Shown one piece after another: positions 1-9,499 of a stretch of DNA of 64,000 nt (position 1 is the stretch's first letter; the number at the start of each line of letters is the position of its first letter). Below the pieces are notes generated by a model. The model ran no database searches. It was not told where the DNA came from and was given only the letters and a program-made list of their open reading frames with translations. This DNA comes from Clostridia bacterium (lineage in GTDB: Bacteria > Bacillota > Clostridia > TANB77 > CAG-508): assembly GCA_017626365.1 (NCBI GenBank), contig JAGAIV010000013.1, positions 6,826 through 70,825 on the forward strand, read 5' to 3'. The position numbers and the translations under genes are program-made.

Positions 1-1
1 T

Positions 2-436
2 TTAAATACCCTAAAAAAAGGTGAAAAAGTAGAAATAGCTAATTTCGAAACCAAAGATGCTGAAACAAGTCCACCAACAAGATATAACTCCGGTTCTATC
101 ATCTTAGCAATGGAGAACGCAGGAAAGCTAATCGAAGATGAAGAACTAAGAGAGCAAATAAAAGGAGCAGGAATTGGGACTAGTGCAACAAGAGCAGAAA
201 TTATGAAAAAACTGGAAAAAATAAAATACATTGAAATAAATTCCAAAACGCAAATAATTACACCAACCAATTTTGGAGAAATTATTTATGATGTAGTTGC
301 ATCTTCTATGCCAGACATGCTAAATCCAAAGTTAACAGCAAGTTGGGAAAAAGGGCTTGATATGGTAGCTAAAAAAGAAATTAAGCCAAATGAATTTATG
401 CGGAAAATTAGAAAATTATATCAAATCAAAATTTAA
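2..436 (+). CDS. topB: DNA topoisomerase III, C-terminal fragment (5' end outside the window)
   Basis: The frame is open from the window edge. It contains GIGTSATRAEI, matching the topo III motif GIGTPATRA. It ends in an in-frame CGG at 401-403, 11 codons before the stop. Confidence 0.65.
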   Translation, partial: LNTLKKGEKVEIANFETKDAETSPPTRYNSGSIILAMENAGKLIEDEELREQIKGAGIGTSATRAEIMKKLEKIKYIEINSKTQIITPTNFGEIIYDVVASSMPDMLNPKLTASWEKGLDMVAKKEIKPNEFMRKIRKLYQIKI

Positions 437-460
437 TAAACTGGTTGTAAATATGTAAAA

Positions 461-488
461 GAATGAGAAAAAACCTCATTCTTTTTTA
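461..488 (+). terminator. rho-independent terminator after topB
   Basis: Stem gaatgag/ctcattc followed by a T-run. Confidence 0.6.
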
Positions 489-540
489 ATAATCGCATAA
501 ATTTAAAAAAAATAGCCAATCTAAGTATTGGTGATAGAAA

Positions 541-789
541 ATGAAAATTTCTTGGATAAAAGCTAAAAATGATGATAGAAGTTTTAAACTGTTTCAAAAT
601 ATGGGGTTTGATGTAAATGAATTAGAAGATTTAGAAAAGACGGATGATGTGATTCGTAGTCTAGTACGGAAAACATTATAATACTATTATCTTAACAAAT
701 GAAGTAGCATCTTTCTCGGAGGATATTATTAAAAAATATAATAAAAATGAAAATGTTAATATTATTATTGCACCAAATAAAAAGGAATA
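541..789 (+). CDS. small V-type ATPase subunit F-like protein (ATP-synt_F family), reconstructed across a +1 C at 667
   Basis: MKISWIKAKNDDRSFKLFQNMGFDVN...YNTIILTNEVASFSEDIIKKYNKNENVNIIIAPNKKE resembles NtpG/AtpF (KIGVVGDKDSV..FRLFGFDV...ILIPS). The frame breaks at GTA CGG AAA. Removing c667 gives a continuous 82-aa ORF. Confidence 0.4.
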
Positions 790-844
790 GGACAAAATGG
801 TATCGCATAAAGATAGATAAGAAAATATAAAGGTGGGAAAGAAA

Positions 845-1372
845 ATGCTTTCACAAAATGAGAAATACAATAAATTTATGAACGAATTTAGTAGTTCATT
901 ATACCAATTAAAGACAGATATTCCATTTTCAGATTATATATTTTTATGTGTTGGTAGTGACAAAATTATCGGAGATAGTTATGGTCCATTAGTAGGACAA
1001 AAGTTAAAAGAAGCTTTTAAGAATAGATATAACAATATCAGTGTATACGGAACTTTGGAAGAGCCTATTTCTGCTGTTAACTTAGAAAAAACCGTAAGCG
1101 ATATTTATAAACGATATCAGCATCCTTGCATGATAGTAATTGACTCTGCACTAGGTTCACAAGATAAGATAGGGAGCATACTCGTATCGAATACTAAAAT
1201 GCAATGCGGAAAGGGAGCAGGAAAGAAAATGATATTAGTAGGAGATATTAGTATTAAAGGAGTGGTTGCAAAAGATTATAAAATACCAAGATACAATTTT
1301 TCTACCCTTCAAAATACGTCACTTGGAGGTATAATAAAACTAGCAGATATGACAGCAAGCCGGAATTTATAA
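845..1372 (+). CDS. yyaC: sporulation protein YyaC (GPR/hydrogenase-maturation-protease-like)
   Basis: LCVGSDKIIGDSYGPLVG...IVIDSALG motif. The track's GTG at 833 overlaps the RBS, so the ATG at 845 is the likely start. There is an in-frame CGG at 1361-1363, 3 codons before the stop. Confidence 0.55.
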   Translation: MLSQNEKYNKFMNEFSSSLYQLKTDIPFSDYIFLCVGSDKIIGDSYGPLVGQKLKEAFKNRYNNISVYGTLEEPISAVNLEKTVSDIYKRYQHPCMIVIDSALGSQDKIGSILVSNTKMQCGKGAGKKMILVGDISIKGVVAKDYKIPRYNFSTLQNTSLGGIIKLADMTASRNL

Positions 1373-1459
1373 TACCATTAAATATCGTTAACAAAAATGT
1401 ATATTCTAAAAAAATTTGGAAAAAATTTATATAGATTTCCAAATTTTTAGGAGGTACAT

Positions 1460-1804
1460 ATGAATATCGATAGCATGAAAAATATAGTAGTATTAAAAGA
1501 TTTACCATCAAATATGGTAGAAGAGGCAATTGTAATACTAAAGCCTAATATCAAGATAGAAAATATTCAAAAAGAAGAGAAGAAAAAAGAAAATGTAAAA
1601 GTAGGAGCAAAAGTAGGAAGCTCTAAAGAGTATATTATAAAAGAAGCAGAAGAAATAGTGAGTCAGTATATTTCAAATTTGGAAAAACCGAAACAATTAG
1701 AAATAACTAACAAAAAATTAATTGCGAAATATCATCGCATAAGAACATTAACTATTTTATTTGGAATGGTGGGAGCTTTTGGGATTATTGTAAATTTCAT
1801 ATAA
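1460..1804 (+). CDS. hypothetical protein, C-terminal TM segment
   Basis: ORF with RBS aggaggtacatATG. No recognisable family. Confidence 0.35.
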   Translation: MNIDSMKNIVVLKDLPSNMVEEAIVILKPNIKIENIQKEEKKKENVKVGAKVGSSKEYIIKEAEEIVSQYISNLEKPKQLEITNKKLIAKYHRIRTLTILFGMVGAFGIIVNFI

Positions 1805-1887
1805 AATCATCTTAAAATTCTTAGAATAAAACACTTTTGTCTAACATATATATTACAAAATAAATTATGTTAGATAGGGGTGTTTTT

Positions 1888-2821
1888 TTGTTGGAAAGAG
1901 TATTAACACGGGGAAGAAAAGATAAGACGCGCAGAAGAAATTTATGAAAGAAGAAAGAATGGATATGCTTATGGAAGAGATAATAGAGTAGCAACAGTAA
2001 GAGTAAAAGAAGAAAAAAACTTTTCTTTATTTAAAAAGATGTTTTTACAAATTGCTATTTGTTTAGTTATTTACTTTATCTTTTATTTAATTCAGAACAG
2101 CAATTATATCTTTTCTGAAGAGGTTCTAGAAAAAACAAGACAAATCCTTTCATACGATATTGATATAGCAGGTATGTATGAACAAACCATGCAATTTATT
2201 TCTAAACAAATGGAGGAGCTTACCATAAACGAATCCCGAGAGGAAAATACCATACAAAGCCAAACAGATACTAACACAGTAACACAAAATGAGGAAGCAA
2301 ATGAAAATCTTCTACAAGAAAGTAATGGAGTGGGAGGAGCAGAATTAGAAAATGTAGTGATGGAAGAACCGATAGCTTTAAACGATACAGCACAAGAACA
2401 AATTCCTGAGACAGATGAACAATATTTGAAAAACAATTTTTCTTTTATCAAGCCAATAGAGGGTGTGGTTTCTTCGGAATTTGGACAAAGAGAATCAAGC
2501 AATCCAATTGTTAGTACAAACCATACGGGGATTGATATTGCAGCAAATACTGGAACGGTAGTAAAAGCTGCGATGGAGGGAACTGTGACAATATCTAGTA
2601 CAGTAGGAGATTATGGCTATCATATCAAAATTACAAATAATGACGTCAGTACACTATATGCTCATTGTAGTAAGTTATATGTAAAAGAGGGAGATACGAT
2701 ATCTCAAGGACAAGAAATAGCTGAAGTAGGTTCTACCGGAAAATCAACAGGACCACATTTACATTTTGAAATCATGAGAGGCAGCACGTATATTAACCCA
2801 AGAAGCATTTTAGAATTTTAA
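1888..2821 (+). CDS. M23/LytM peptidase, SpoIVFA-like, N-terminus reconstructed across a +1 C at 1909
   Basis: HTGIDI...HLHFEI catalytic motifs are present. The upstream frame LLERVLT[CGG]GEEKIRRAEEIYERRKNGYAYGRDNRVATVRVKEEKNFSLFKKMFLQ is continuous with the track ORF 2039..2821 if c1909 is removed. It sits directly 5' of a SpoIVFB-like gene. Confidence 0.55.
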
Positions 2822-2870
2822 TCCGTATGGGACGACGCTCTCGTTGGACCGCAAATAAAGGAGGCAACAA

Positions 2871-3524
2871 ATGACGATAAAAATCAATTTAAAAATATTT
2901 CTGTTTGCTATTATTTTTTACTTAACCAAACAAATCCATCTTTATGGCATGTTAATGTTTTTTGCATTCTGTCACGAAATGGGACATTTATTTTGCGGGT
3001 TGCTGTTGGGATTAAAACCCAAAGCATTAAAGATTATGCCAATGGGATTAAGCGTTGAATTTAAAGTTTTACCAGAGGAATATAACAAAAAAATAGCAAA
3101 AGCAAATAGATTGCAAATAAAGAAAATGTGGATTGCTTTTGCTGGACCTATTACTAACATGATAATAATATTGTTGTCTGTTCTTTTAAAAGAAAATATC
3201 GAAACAGGACTTTATCAAGAGATCGTTTATTCGAATATACTAATTGCTATCTTTAATTTATTGCCAATTTATCCATTGGATGGAGCAAGAATGATAAAAG
3301 CATTGACATATATGATAAAAGGAAGAAAAAGAGCAATGGAGTTAACAAATCATATATCCAACGTTAGTATTATTTTACTAACAATGATTTCGAGTATAGC
3401 AATTTATTATTATAAAAATATTGCAATTTTATTGATTATAGGATATTTATGGAGTATGGTCATTATAGAAAATAGAAGATATAATCTAAAAAAGAGAATC
3501 GATAAAATCATAGAAAATAGTTGA
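2871..3524 (+). CDS. site-2 zinc metalloprotease (M50), SpoIVFB-like
   Basis: HEMGH motif in TM helix 1, several TM segments, LPIYPLDG motif. RBS aaaggaggc. Confidence 0.65.
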   Translation: MTIKINLKIFLFAIIFYLTKQIHLYGMLMFFAFCHEMGHLFCGLLLGLKPKALKIMPMGLSVEFKVLPEEYNKKIAKANRLQIKKMWIAFAGPITNMIIILLSVLLKENIETGLYQEIVYSNILIAIFNLLPIYPLDGARMIKALTYMIKGRKRAMELTNHISNVSIILLTMISSIAIYYYKNIAILLIIGYLWSMVIIENRRYNLKKRIDKIIENS

Positions 3525-3577
3525 AATAAAATAAATTTCATAGTAAGATATACATAGGAAAAATGGAGGAAATGCAA

Positions 3578-5128
3578 ATGATAAAATTAACGAAAAAGAA
3601 TCAAAAAGGAATTACTTTAGTAACACTTTCTATTGCTATTATTATTATGCTAATTATAACAGCAACGTTAGTATACAATATTACAACAGGTGCTAAAGTA
3701 AGAGCCTTGAATAATATGTATCAAGATGTTACGAAAATAAAAGATAAAGTGGATTTGTATTATGCAAGTCATCGTACTATTCCAATATTAGAAACTAAAT
3801 ATGAGAATGTTACGCACTTGCAATCAATTAATCCAAACGATAGTAGTACATATTATGTAGTGGATTTGGAGGCTTTAGAAAATTTAAATTTAATATATGG
3901 TAAAGATTATAATACTTATAAGACAGCTCCATCGAATCAATTAACAGACATTTATGTGATAAATGAGAAAAGTCATAGTATTTACTATGTAAAAGGGATT
4001 TCGCTTGATAATAATATGTATTATACCATGCCAGAAGAAAGCACAAAAGTTACAGTAAATTCAATTACAAGTATACAAAATGTAAAAATGGACCAAAATA
4101 TTGCAGTTGTAAGCATTAATGCTGCCAATAAAGAGAACGGAATTACACAAATAAAATTAATTGTAAATGATCAAGAATACAAAACATATGATTATACTTC
4201 GAACTGGAAAGAAGCAAAAACAGAGACATTAAATATGACATTAGCTTTTGGAAAAGACTATGTTTGCTATCTTCAAATGACAGATGAAGAAGGAAATACA
4301 ACCACATCTGATAGTGTTACCTTACAAAATTTAACAACAATTGCAACCGTAGAAGATTTACAAAACCTAGCAACACTAGTAAATGATGGAACGAACACAT
4401 TTAGTGGACAAACCATTAACTTAATTAATGACCTTGACTTAAATGGAAGTGAAGATAATCAGTGGGTACCAATTGGAAATATCAATTATGCTTTTAGTGG
4501 AATATTTGAAGGAAATGAAAATAAAATTTCAGGAATATACTGCACAACAGAATTAGAATATACAGGTCTTTTTGGAGCTGTAATTGATGGAAAAATAAGG
4601 AATCTAGGAATAGAAAATATAATTATTAAAAATAATGGTGGTTGTTCGGGAGGAATTACAGGACTTTTGTGGAATAGTGAAATAATTAATTGTTATGCAA
4701 AAGGTAATATTAGTGCGAGTCTTGCTGGAGGAATTAATGGATTTTCTCAAAAAGGAGCAAAAATAACAAACAGTTATCATATTGGAAATGTAATAGGCAA
4801 TGCAGAAAGCTATCCTATAGCAGGAGGAATTGTAGGACGAAATTATGAAATGGTAGAAAATTGTTATCATGTTGGAAATATAGATATAAATACGGGTGAA
4901 AGAAAAGGCGGAATTATTGGATTTAATGTAGATGGAGATGCTAAAAATTGTTATTATTTACAGTCATCAACAGTGACTGGAGGAATACAGCTAAGCGATA
5001 TAGAAGGAAAGGCAGAAGGAAAAACACAGGAACAATTGAAATTGTTAGCAGGAACATTAGGGAGTGCTTTTAAAACAGATACAAATAATATTAACGATGG
5101 TTATCCAATCTTAACATGGCAAGAATAA
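3578..5128 (+). CDS. prepilin-like N-terminus (MIKLTKKNQKG|ITLVTL...) fused to a GLUG-motif repeat domain; surface or pseudopilin-like protein
   Basis: Short basic leader, Gly, then a hydrophobic helix (class III signal-peptide-like, Thr at +5). The C-terminal half has repeats of type AGGIVGRNYEMVENCYHVGNI (GLUG-like). The track start at 3563 overlaps the RBS. Confidence 0.5.
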   Translation: MIKLTKKNQKGITLVTLSIAIIIMLIITATLVYNITTGAKVRALNNMYQDVTKIKDKVDLYYASHRTIPILETKYENVTHLQSINPNDSSTYYVVDLEALENLNLIYGKDYNTYKTAPSNQLTDIYVINEKSHSIYYVKGISLDNNMYYTMPEESTKVTVNSITSIQNVKMDQNIAVVSINAANKENGITQIKLIVNDQEYKTYDYTSNWKEAKTETLNMTLAFGKDYVCYLQMTDEEGNTTTSDSVTLQNLTTIATVEDLQNLATLVNDGTNTFSGQTINLINDLDLNGSEDNQWVPIGNINYAFSGIFEGNENKISGIYCTTELEYTGLFGAVIDGKIRNLGIENIIIKNNGGCSGGITGLLWNSEIINCYAKGNISASLAGGINGFSQKGAKITNSYHIGNVIGNAESYPIAGGIVGRNYEMVENCYHVGNIDINTGERKGGIIGFNVDGDAKNCYYLQSSTVTGGIQLSDIEGKAEGKTQEQLKLLAGTLGSAFKTDTNNINDGYPILTWQE

Positions 5129-5141
5129 AACTAAAAATTTG

Positions 5142-5206
5142 TTTGACAAATACATATAAATATGATAGAATAAGCAATGTTTGAAAAAAAGCATTGCTTT
5201 TTTCCT
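5142..5206 (+). promoter_or_regulatory. sigma-A promoter (TTGACA-17-TAGAAT) followed by a leader hairpin upstream of rpsF
   Basis: TTGACA at 5142. Hairpin aagcaatg/cattgctt plus T6 in the 5' UTR. rpsF leaders that bind S6:S18 are known in Firmicutes. Confidence 0.45.
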
Positions 5207-5254
5207 TACTCATACAAAGGGAGTATGGGTTATAAGCCATAAGGAGGTGAAATA

Positions 5255-5539
5255 ATGAACAAATACGAGAGTGTTATCATTATTAATCCAAGTTTAGAAG
5301 AAGAAGGGTTAAAAAAACTTGTAAAAAAATTCTCAGACTTGATTAATAGTGACGGAAAAGTAGAATCCGTAGAAGAAATGGGAAAAAGAAAATTAGCTTA
5401 TGATGTTAAAAAGAACAAAGAAGGATACTATGTTTTATTTAATTTCGAAGCAAAACCAGAACTAATTGCGGAATTAGAAAGAAATTACAGAATTACAGAC
5501 GAAGTAATTAAATTTATCGTTGTAAAAAAAGAAAATTAA
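5255..5539 (+). CDS. rpsF: 30S ribosomal protein S6
   Basis: Typical S6 sequence and strong RBS. Confidence 0.9.
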   Translation: MNKYESVIIINPSLEEEGLKKLVKKFSDLINSDGKVESVEEMGKRKLAYDVKKNKEGYYVLFNFEAKPELIAELERNYRITDEVIKFIVVKKEN

Positions 5540-5613
5540 TTTTAAATGTACAAACAAAATTAAGACATTGTTTGATAGGAACCTTTAAGTAAAAGAAAGG
5601 TAAGGTAAAAAAT

Positions 5614-6033
5614 ATGAACAAAGTAATTTTAATGGGAAGATTAACAAGAGATCCAGAAGTAAGATATACACAAACAAACAATACATTAGTAGCAAGTTTC
5701 TCACTTGCAGTTAATAGAAGATTTGTAAGACAAGGGGAAGAAAGACAAGCAGATTTTATTAACGTAGTTGCATGGAGTAAAACAGGAGAGTTTTGTAGTA
5801 AATACTTCAAAAAAGGACAACAAGTAGGAATTATCGGAAGAATTCAAACAAGAACATGGGATGATGACCAAGGTCAAAAACACTATATAACAGAAGTTGT
5901 TGCAGAAGAAGCATATTTTGCAGATAGCAAACGTGAGGGAGATGCAGCAGGAAGCTTCGAAAATACATTTGGAAGTGTAGCAAGTGGAAGCCCAGAATTT
6001 GAAATTTCTTCAAACGATGACCTACCATTCTAA
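5614..6033 (+). CDS. ssb: single-stranded DNA-binding protein
   Basis: OB-fold N-terminus MNKVILMGRLTRDPE, acidic tail ending DDLPF. Confidence 0.9.
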   Translation: MNKVILMGRLTRDPEVRYTQTNNTLVASFSLAVNRRFVRQGEERQADFINVVAWSKTGEFCSKYFKKGQQVGIIGRIQTRTWDDDQGQKHYITEVVAEEAYFADSKREGDAAGSFENTFGSVASGSPEFEISSNDDLPF

Positions 6034-6058
6034 ATATTAAAAGAAGGAGGAATTCAAA

Positions 6059-6343
6059 ATGGCAGATAAGAAAAATAATAGAAGAAATAATAGAATGAAT
6101 AATGGTGATGAAGATTATAATCCAAAGTTTAGAAAAATGAGAAAAAAAGTATGCCCACTATGTGCTGACAAAAACTTTGTATTAGATTATAAAAATCCAG
6201 ACCAATTAAAAAAATTCATTAATGAAAAAGGTAAAATATTACCAAGAAGAGCAACAGGAGCATGTGCAAAACATCAAAGAGATATTACAATTGCTGTAAA
6301 AAGATGTAGACACATTGCAATGTTACCATATACAGAAATCTAA
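6059..6343 (+). CDS. rpsR: 30S ribosomal protein S18
   Basis: Conserved S18 core. Part of the rpsF-ssb-rpsR operon. Confidence 0.9.
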   Translation: MADKKNNRRNNRMNNGDEDYNPKFRKMRKKVCPLCADKNFVLDYKNPDQLKKFINEKGKILPRRATGACAKHQRDITIAVKRCRHIAMLPYTEI

Positions 6344-6355
6344 TAAAAATCATAA

Positions 6356-6385
6356 AAAAGAGGAACCAATAAAGGTTCCTCTTTA
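6356..6385. terminator. bidirectional hairpin terminator
   Basis: aaaaagaggaacc...ggttcctcttt. Confidence 0.6.
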
Positions 6386-6388
6386 ACA

Positions 6389-6556
6389 TTAATTTAATCT
6401 AGGATATCTTTTGTAGAAATTAAACTTCTTACTTGGAAACTCAAGCTCTATTTCATATTTTCCAGAATAATTGGTTTCTTCTAGTAAATCAAGAAGAACC
6501 TTCCGAAGAGAATTCGAAATTATCACTTTTCTTCCATCAAATTTTAATTCTTTCAT
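6389..6556 (-). CDS. hypothetical small protein (about 55 aa)
   Basis: ORF with RBS ggggtg. Likely start at MKELKF. No family assigned. Confidence 0.3.
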   Translation of the reverse strand: MKELKFDGRKVIISNSLRKVLLDLLEETNYSGKYEIELEFPSKKFNFYKRYPRLN

Positions 6557-6686
6557 AAGAACACCCCAAATCATAAATTATACTTCTATTATAACATGCA
6601 TTCAAGAAAATTTCAAAAATATCAAAAGGATGAGTTTAAACATATTCTAAAAAGGAAATAATTTATTTAATAAAGAGGGTGAAAAT

Positions 6687-7544
6687 ATGAAACTAGGAAT
6701 TGCTTTATCTGGTGGTGGAATTCGTGGAATTGCTCATGCAGGTGTATTAAAAGCATTAGAAGATAACAAAATAAAAATTGATATCATTGGAGGAACAAGT
6801 GCTGGAAGTTTAGTCGCAGCCTTATATGCTATGGGATATTCACCATATTATATATACATACTATTTAAGCGATATGCAAAAGAAATAGCAGGTATTAATG
6901 GTGGTCCTATTATTTCTGGTATTGGCAATTTTATGATGAATAAGAAAAATACATTTCAAGGATTAAAATCAGGAAAGAACATAGAAACTTTATACAACCA
7001 GATTGCTTATAAAAAAGGAATTCGAAACATAAACCAAATTAAAATGCCAATTGTGATTCCAACGGTGGATATTAACAATTCAAAAGAATATGTGATTACC
7101 AACCACGTTCCAAAAGGAATAGTAGATGATTCACAATATATTACTGATATTACAGTAGGAAAAGCAGTACGTGCAAGTAGTAGCTTTCCAGCAGTTTTTA
7201 TGCCATGTGAATTTGAAGAACATGCTTTTATGGATGGTGGGGCACTAGATAATGTTCCTGTTCATGAGGTGAAAAAACAAGGAGCAGATAAGGTAATTGC
7301 AGTAAAATTTGATGCAGACCAGATTGACCAAACAAGTAATATTATGGATATTGTTATGAAAACTATCGACATTATGGGAAGTAAAATATCAGAAGAAAGT
7401 TTAGAAATGAGTGATTTTGTTTTAAGTGTATATACTGATAAAGTTGGCTTATTAGATATTGCAAAATTAGATAGCTGCTATCAATATGGATATAATTGTA
7501 CCGTAGAGAACTTGGATAAAATAAAACAGGTACTAAAAAATTAA
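6687..7544 (+). CDS. patatin-like phospholipase
   Basis: GGGIRG, GTSAG and DGG motifs. Confidence 0.8.
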   Translation: MKLGIALSGGGIRGIAHAGVLKALEDNKIKIDIIGGTSAGSLVAALYAMGYSPYYIYILFKRYAKEIAGINGGPIISGIGNFMMNKKNTFQGLKSGKNIETLYNQIAYKKGIRNINQIKMPIVIPTVDINNSKEYVITNHVPKGIVDDSQYITDITVGKAVRASSSFPAVFMPCEFEEHAFMDGGALDNVPVHEVKKQGADKVIAVKFDADQIDQTSNIMDIVMKTIDIMGSKISEESLEMSDFVLSVYTDKVGLLDIAKLDSCYQYGYNCTVENLDKIKQVLKN

Positions 7545-7628
7545 TATAGTTGGGTTTTGAAAAGTTGCAATAATAAGGAAAGTTTGCTATAATACATAGT
7601 ATTAGAAAAGAGAAAGAGGGAACAAGAT

Positions 7629-9281
7629 ATGGATTATAAAGATTTAGCAAATGTAATATTTCCAGATGTAAAGGACATATCCTATTATGAAGAAAAATAT
7701 CCGAAAAGAGATTTAAAAGAGGGGGCAATTGTAACAAGATTTGCACCAAGTCCAACAGGATTTATGCATATTGGAGGATTATATCAATCTGTTATTGCTA
7801 AAAAAATGGCAAATCAAACAGGAGGAGTATTTTTTCTAAGAATAGAAGATACGGACCAAAAACGTGAAGTAGAAAACGGTGTTTTAAATATTGTAACTTC
7901 ATTAAAAGAATTTGGAATGTCGCCAGATGAAGGAATGATAGATGAGGAAAATGAAGTTGGAAAGTATGGTCCATATAAGCAATCTTTAAGAAAAGAAATT
8001 TACCAAGCATATGCGAAGTATTTAGTAGAAAAAGGATGTGCATATCCATGTTTTTGTAAATCTGAAGAATTAGAGGAAATGAGACAAAAACAAGAAGCAG
8101 CAAAAGAAAGAACAGGATACTATGGAGTATGGAGTAAATGTAGACATATTCCAGTAAATGAGTCTATCGAAAGAATTAAAAATGGAGAAGAATATATTTT
8201 ACGTTTTAAATCACCAGGGAATCCAGAAAAGAAAATAAAACATCATGATGTAATCAAAGGAAATGTTGATTTTCCAGAAAATGACCAAGATATAGTTATT
8301 ATTAAATCCGATGGACTTCCAACTTATCATTTTGCACATGCTGTAGATGACCATTTAATGGGAACAACTCATGTTATTCGTGGAGATGAATGGCTATCTT
8401 CTGTTCCATTACATTTACAATTATTCCAAGTATTAGGATTTAAAGCGCCAAAGTATGCACATATTGCACCAATTATGAAAGAAGATAATGGAGCAAAAAG
8501 AAAGTTAAGTAAAAGAAAGGACCCAGAGGCTGCTGTAAGCTATTATGCTGAAGTTGGAATTCCAGAAGAGGCAGTAGATGAATATTTATTAAATATTGCA
8601 AATTCAAACTTTGAACAATGGAGAAAACAAAATCCAGATGCAGCTATGGAGGAATTTGATTTACAACTAAACAAAATGAGTGTTAGTGGAGCTTTATTTG
8701 ACATGGTAAAACTTTTAGATATTTCTAAAAGAGTCATATCAAAATATACAGCTGCAGAAGTGTATGATAAAGCAATTTCTTGGGCAGAAATTCATAATGA
8801 AGAATTAAAGAAATTACTAGAAAAAGATAAAGAATATACTTTAAAAGTTCTAGGAATAGAAAGAGGAAATATAAAACCAAGAAAAGACATTGCAAAATGG
8901 TCAGACTTAAAGGAAAATATTATCTATATGTATGACGAAGAATTCTTTGCAAGTTCAAGACAATACGAATTCCAAAAAATAAACGATAAAGAAGAAATTA
9001 AAGAAATCATTGAAAGCTATATTTCAAAATACTTTGACATAGCAGATGACAAAGAAACATGGTTTAACAAAATAAAAGACCTAAGTGAAGAATTTGGATA
9101 TGCAAGAGAGACAAAAGAATTTAAACAAAATCCAGATGCATATAAAGGACACGTAGGAGATATTAGCACAGTTATTCGTATTTGTTTAACTGGAAGAGCA
9201 AATACACCAGACATGTATGAAATTATGAAAGTACTAGGAAAAGAATCAGTAATAAAACGTTTAGAATATGCCATTAAATAA
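7629..9281 (+). CDS. gltX: glutamate--tRNA ligase (class I)
   Basis: RFAPSPTGFMHIGG (HIGH) and KLSKRK (KMSKS). Promoter TTGCAA-17-TATAAT at about 7564-7592. Confidence 0.75.
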   Translation: MDYKDLANVIFPDVKDISYYEEKYPKRDLKEGAIVTRFAPSPTGFMHIGGLYQSVIAKKMANQTGGVFFLRIEDTDQKREVENGVLNIVTSLKEFGMSPDEGMIDEENEVGKYGPYKQSLRKEIYQAYAKYLVEKGCAYPCFCKSEELEEMRQKQEAAKERTGYYGVWSKCRHIPVNESIERIKNGEEYILRFKSPGNPEKKIKHHDVIKGNVDFPENDQDIVIIKSDGLPTYHFAHAVDDHLMGTTHVIRGDEWLSSVPLHLQLFQVLGFKAPKYAHIAPIMKEDNGAKRKLSKRKDPEAAVSYYAEVGIPEEAVDEYLLNIANSNFEQWRKQNPDAAMEEFDLQLNKMSVSGALFDMVKLLDISKRVISKYTAAEVYDKAISWAEIHNEELKKLLEKDKEYTLKVLGIERGNIKPRKDIAKWSDLKENIIYMYDEEFFASSRQYEFQKINDKEEIKEIIESYISKYFDIADDKETWFNKIKDLSEEFGYARETKEFKQNPDAYKGHVGDISTVIRICLTGRANTPDMYEIMKVLGKESVIKRLEYAIK

Positions 9282-9294
9282 GTAGGTGATAGTA

Positions 9295-9480
9295 ATGGAA
9301 TATAATGTAGGAGATATTGTAAGAACCAAAAAAGTTCATCCATGTGGTAGTAAGTTATGGGAAATTACAAGAGTTGGGATTGATTTTAAATTGAAATGCC
9401 AAGGATGTGGACATGTTATTACTATAGAAAGACCAAAGGCTTTGAAAATGATTACGAAGAAAATAGAAAAAGAAAAATAA
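9295..9480 (+). CDS. DUF951-family small protein
   Basis: About 60 aa with W and CxxC (GDIVRTKKVHPCGSKLWEI...CQGCGH), typical of DUF951/YyzM. The ATG at 9295 follows the RBS. Confidence 0.5.
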   Translation: MEYNVGDIVRTKKVHPCGSKLWEITRVGIDFKLKCQGCGHVITIERPKALKMITKKIEKEK

Positions 9481-9499
9481 AATTAGAAGAAGTAAATGA

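Noticed and set aside
2104-2502. Long antisense or overlapping ORFs in the track (for example 2104..2502, 33765..34253, 36762..37178, 47814..48185, 49513..49977, 50647..51006).
   Set aside because: They lie antisense to, or out of frame with, well-supported genes. They have low-complexity or odd composition and no RBS, so they are artefacts of AT-rich sequence.
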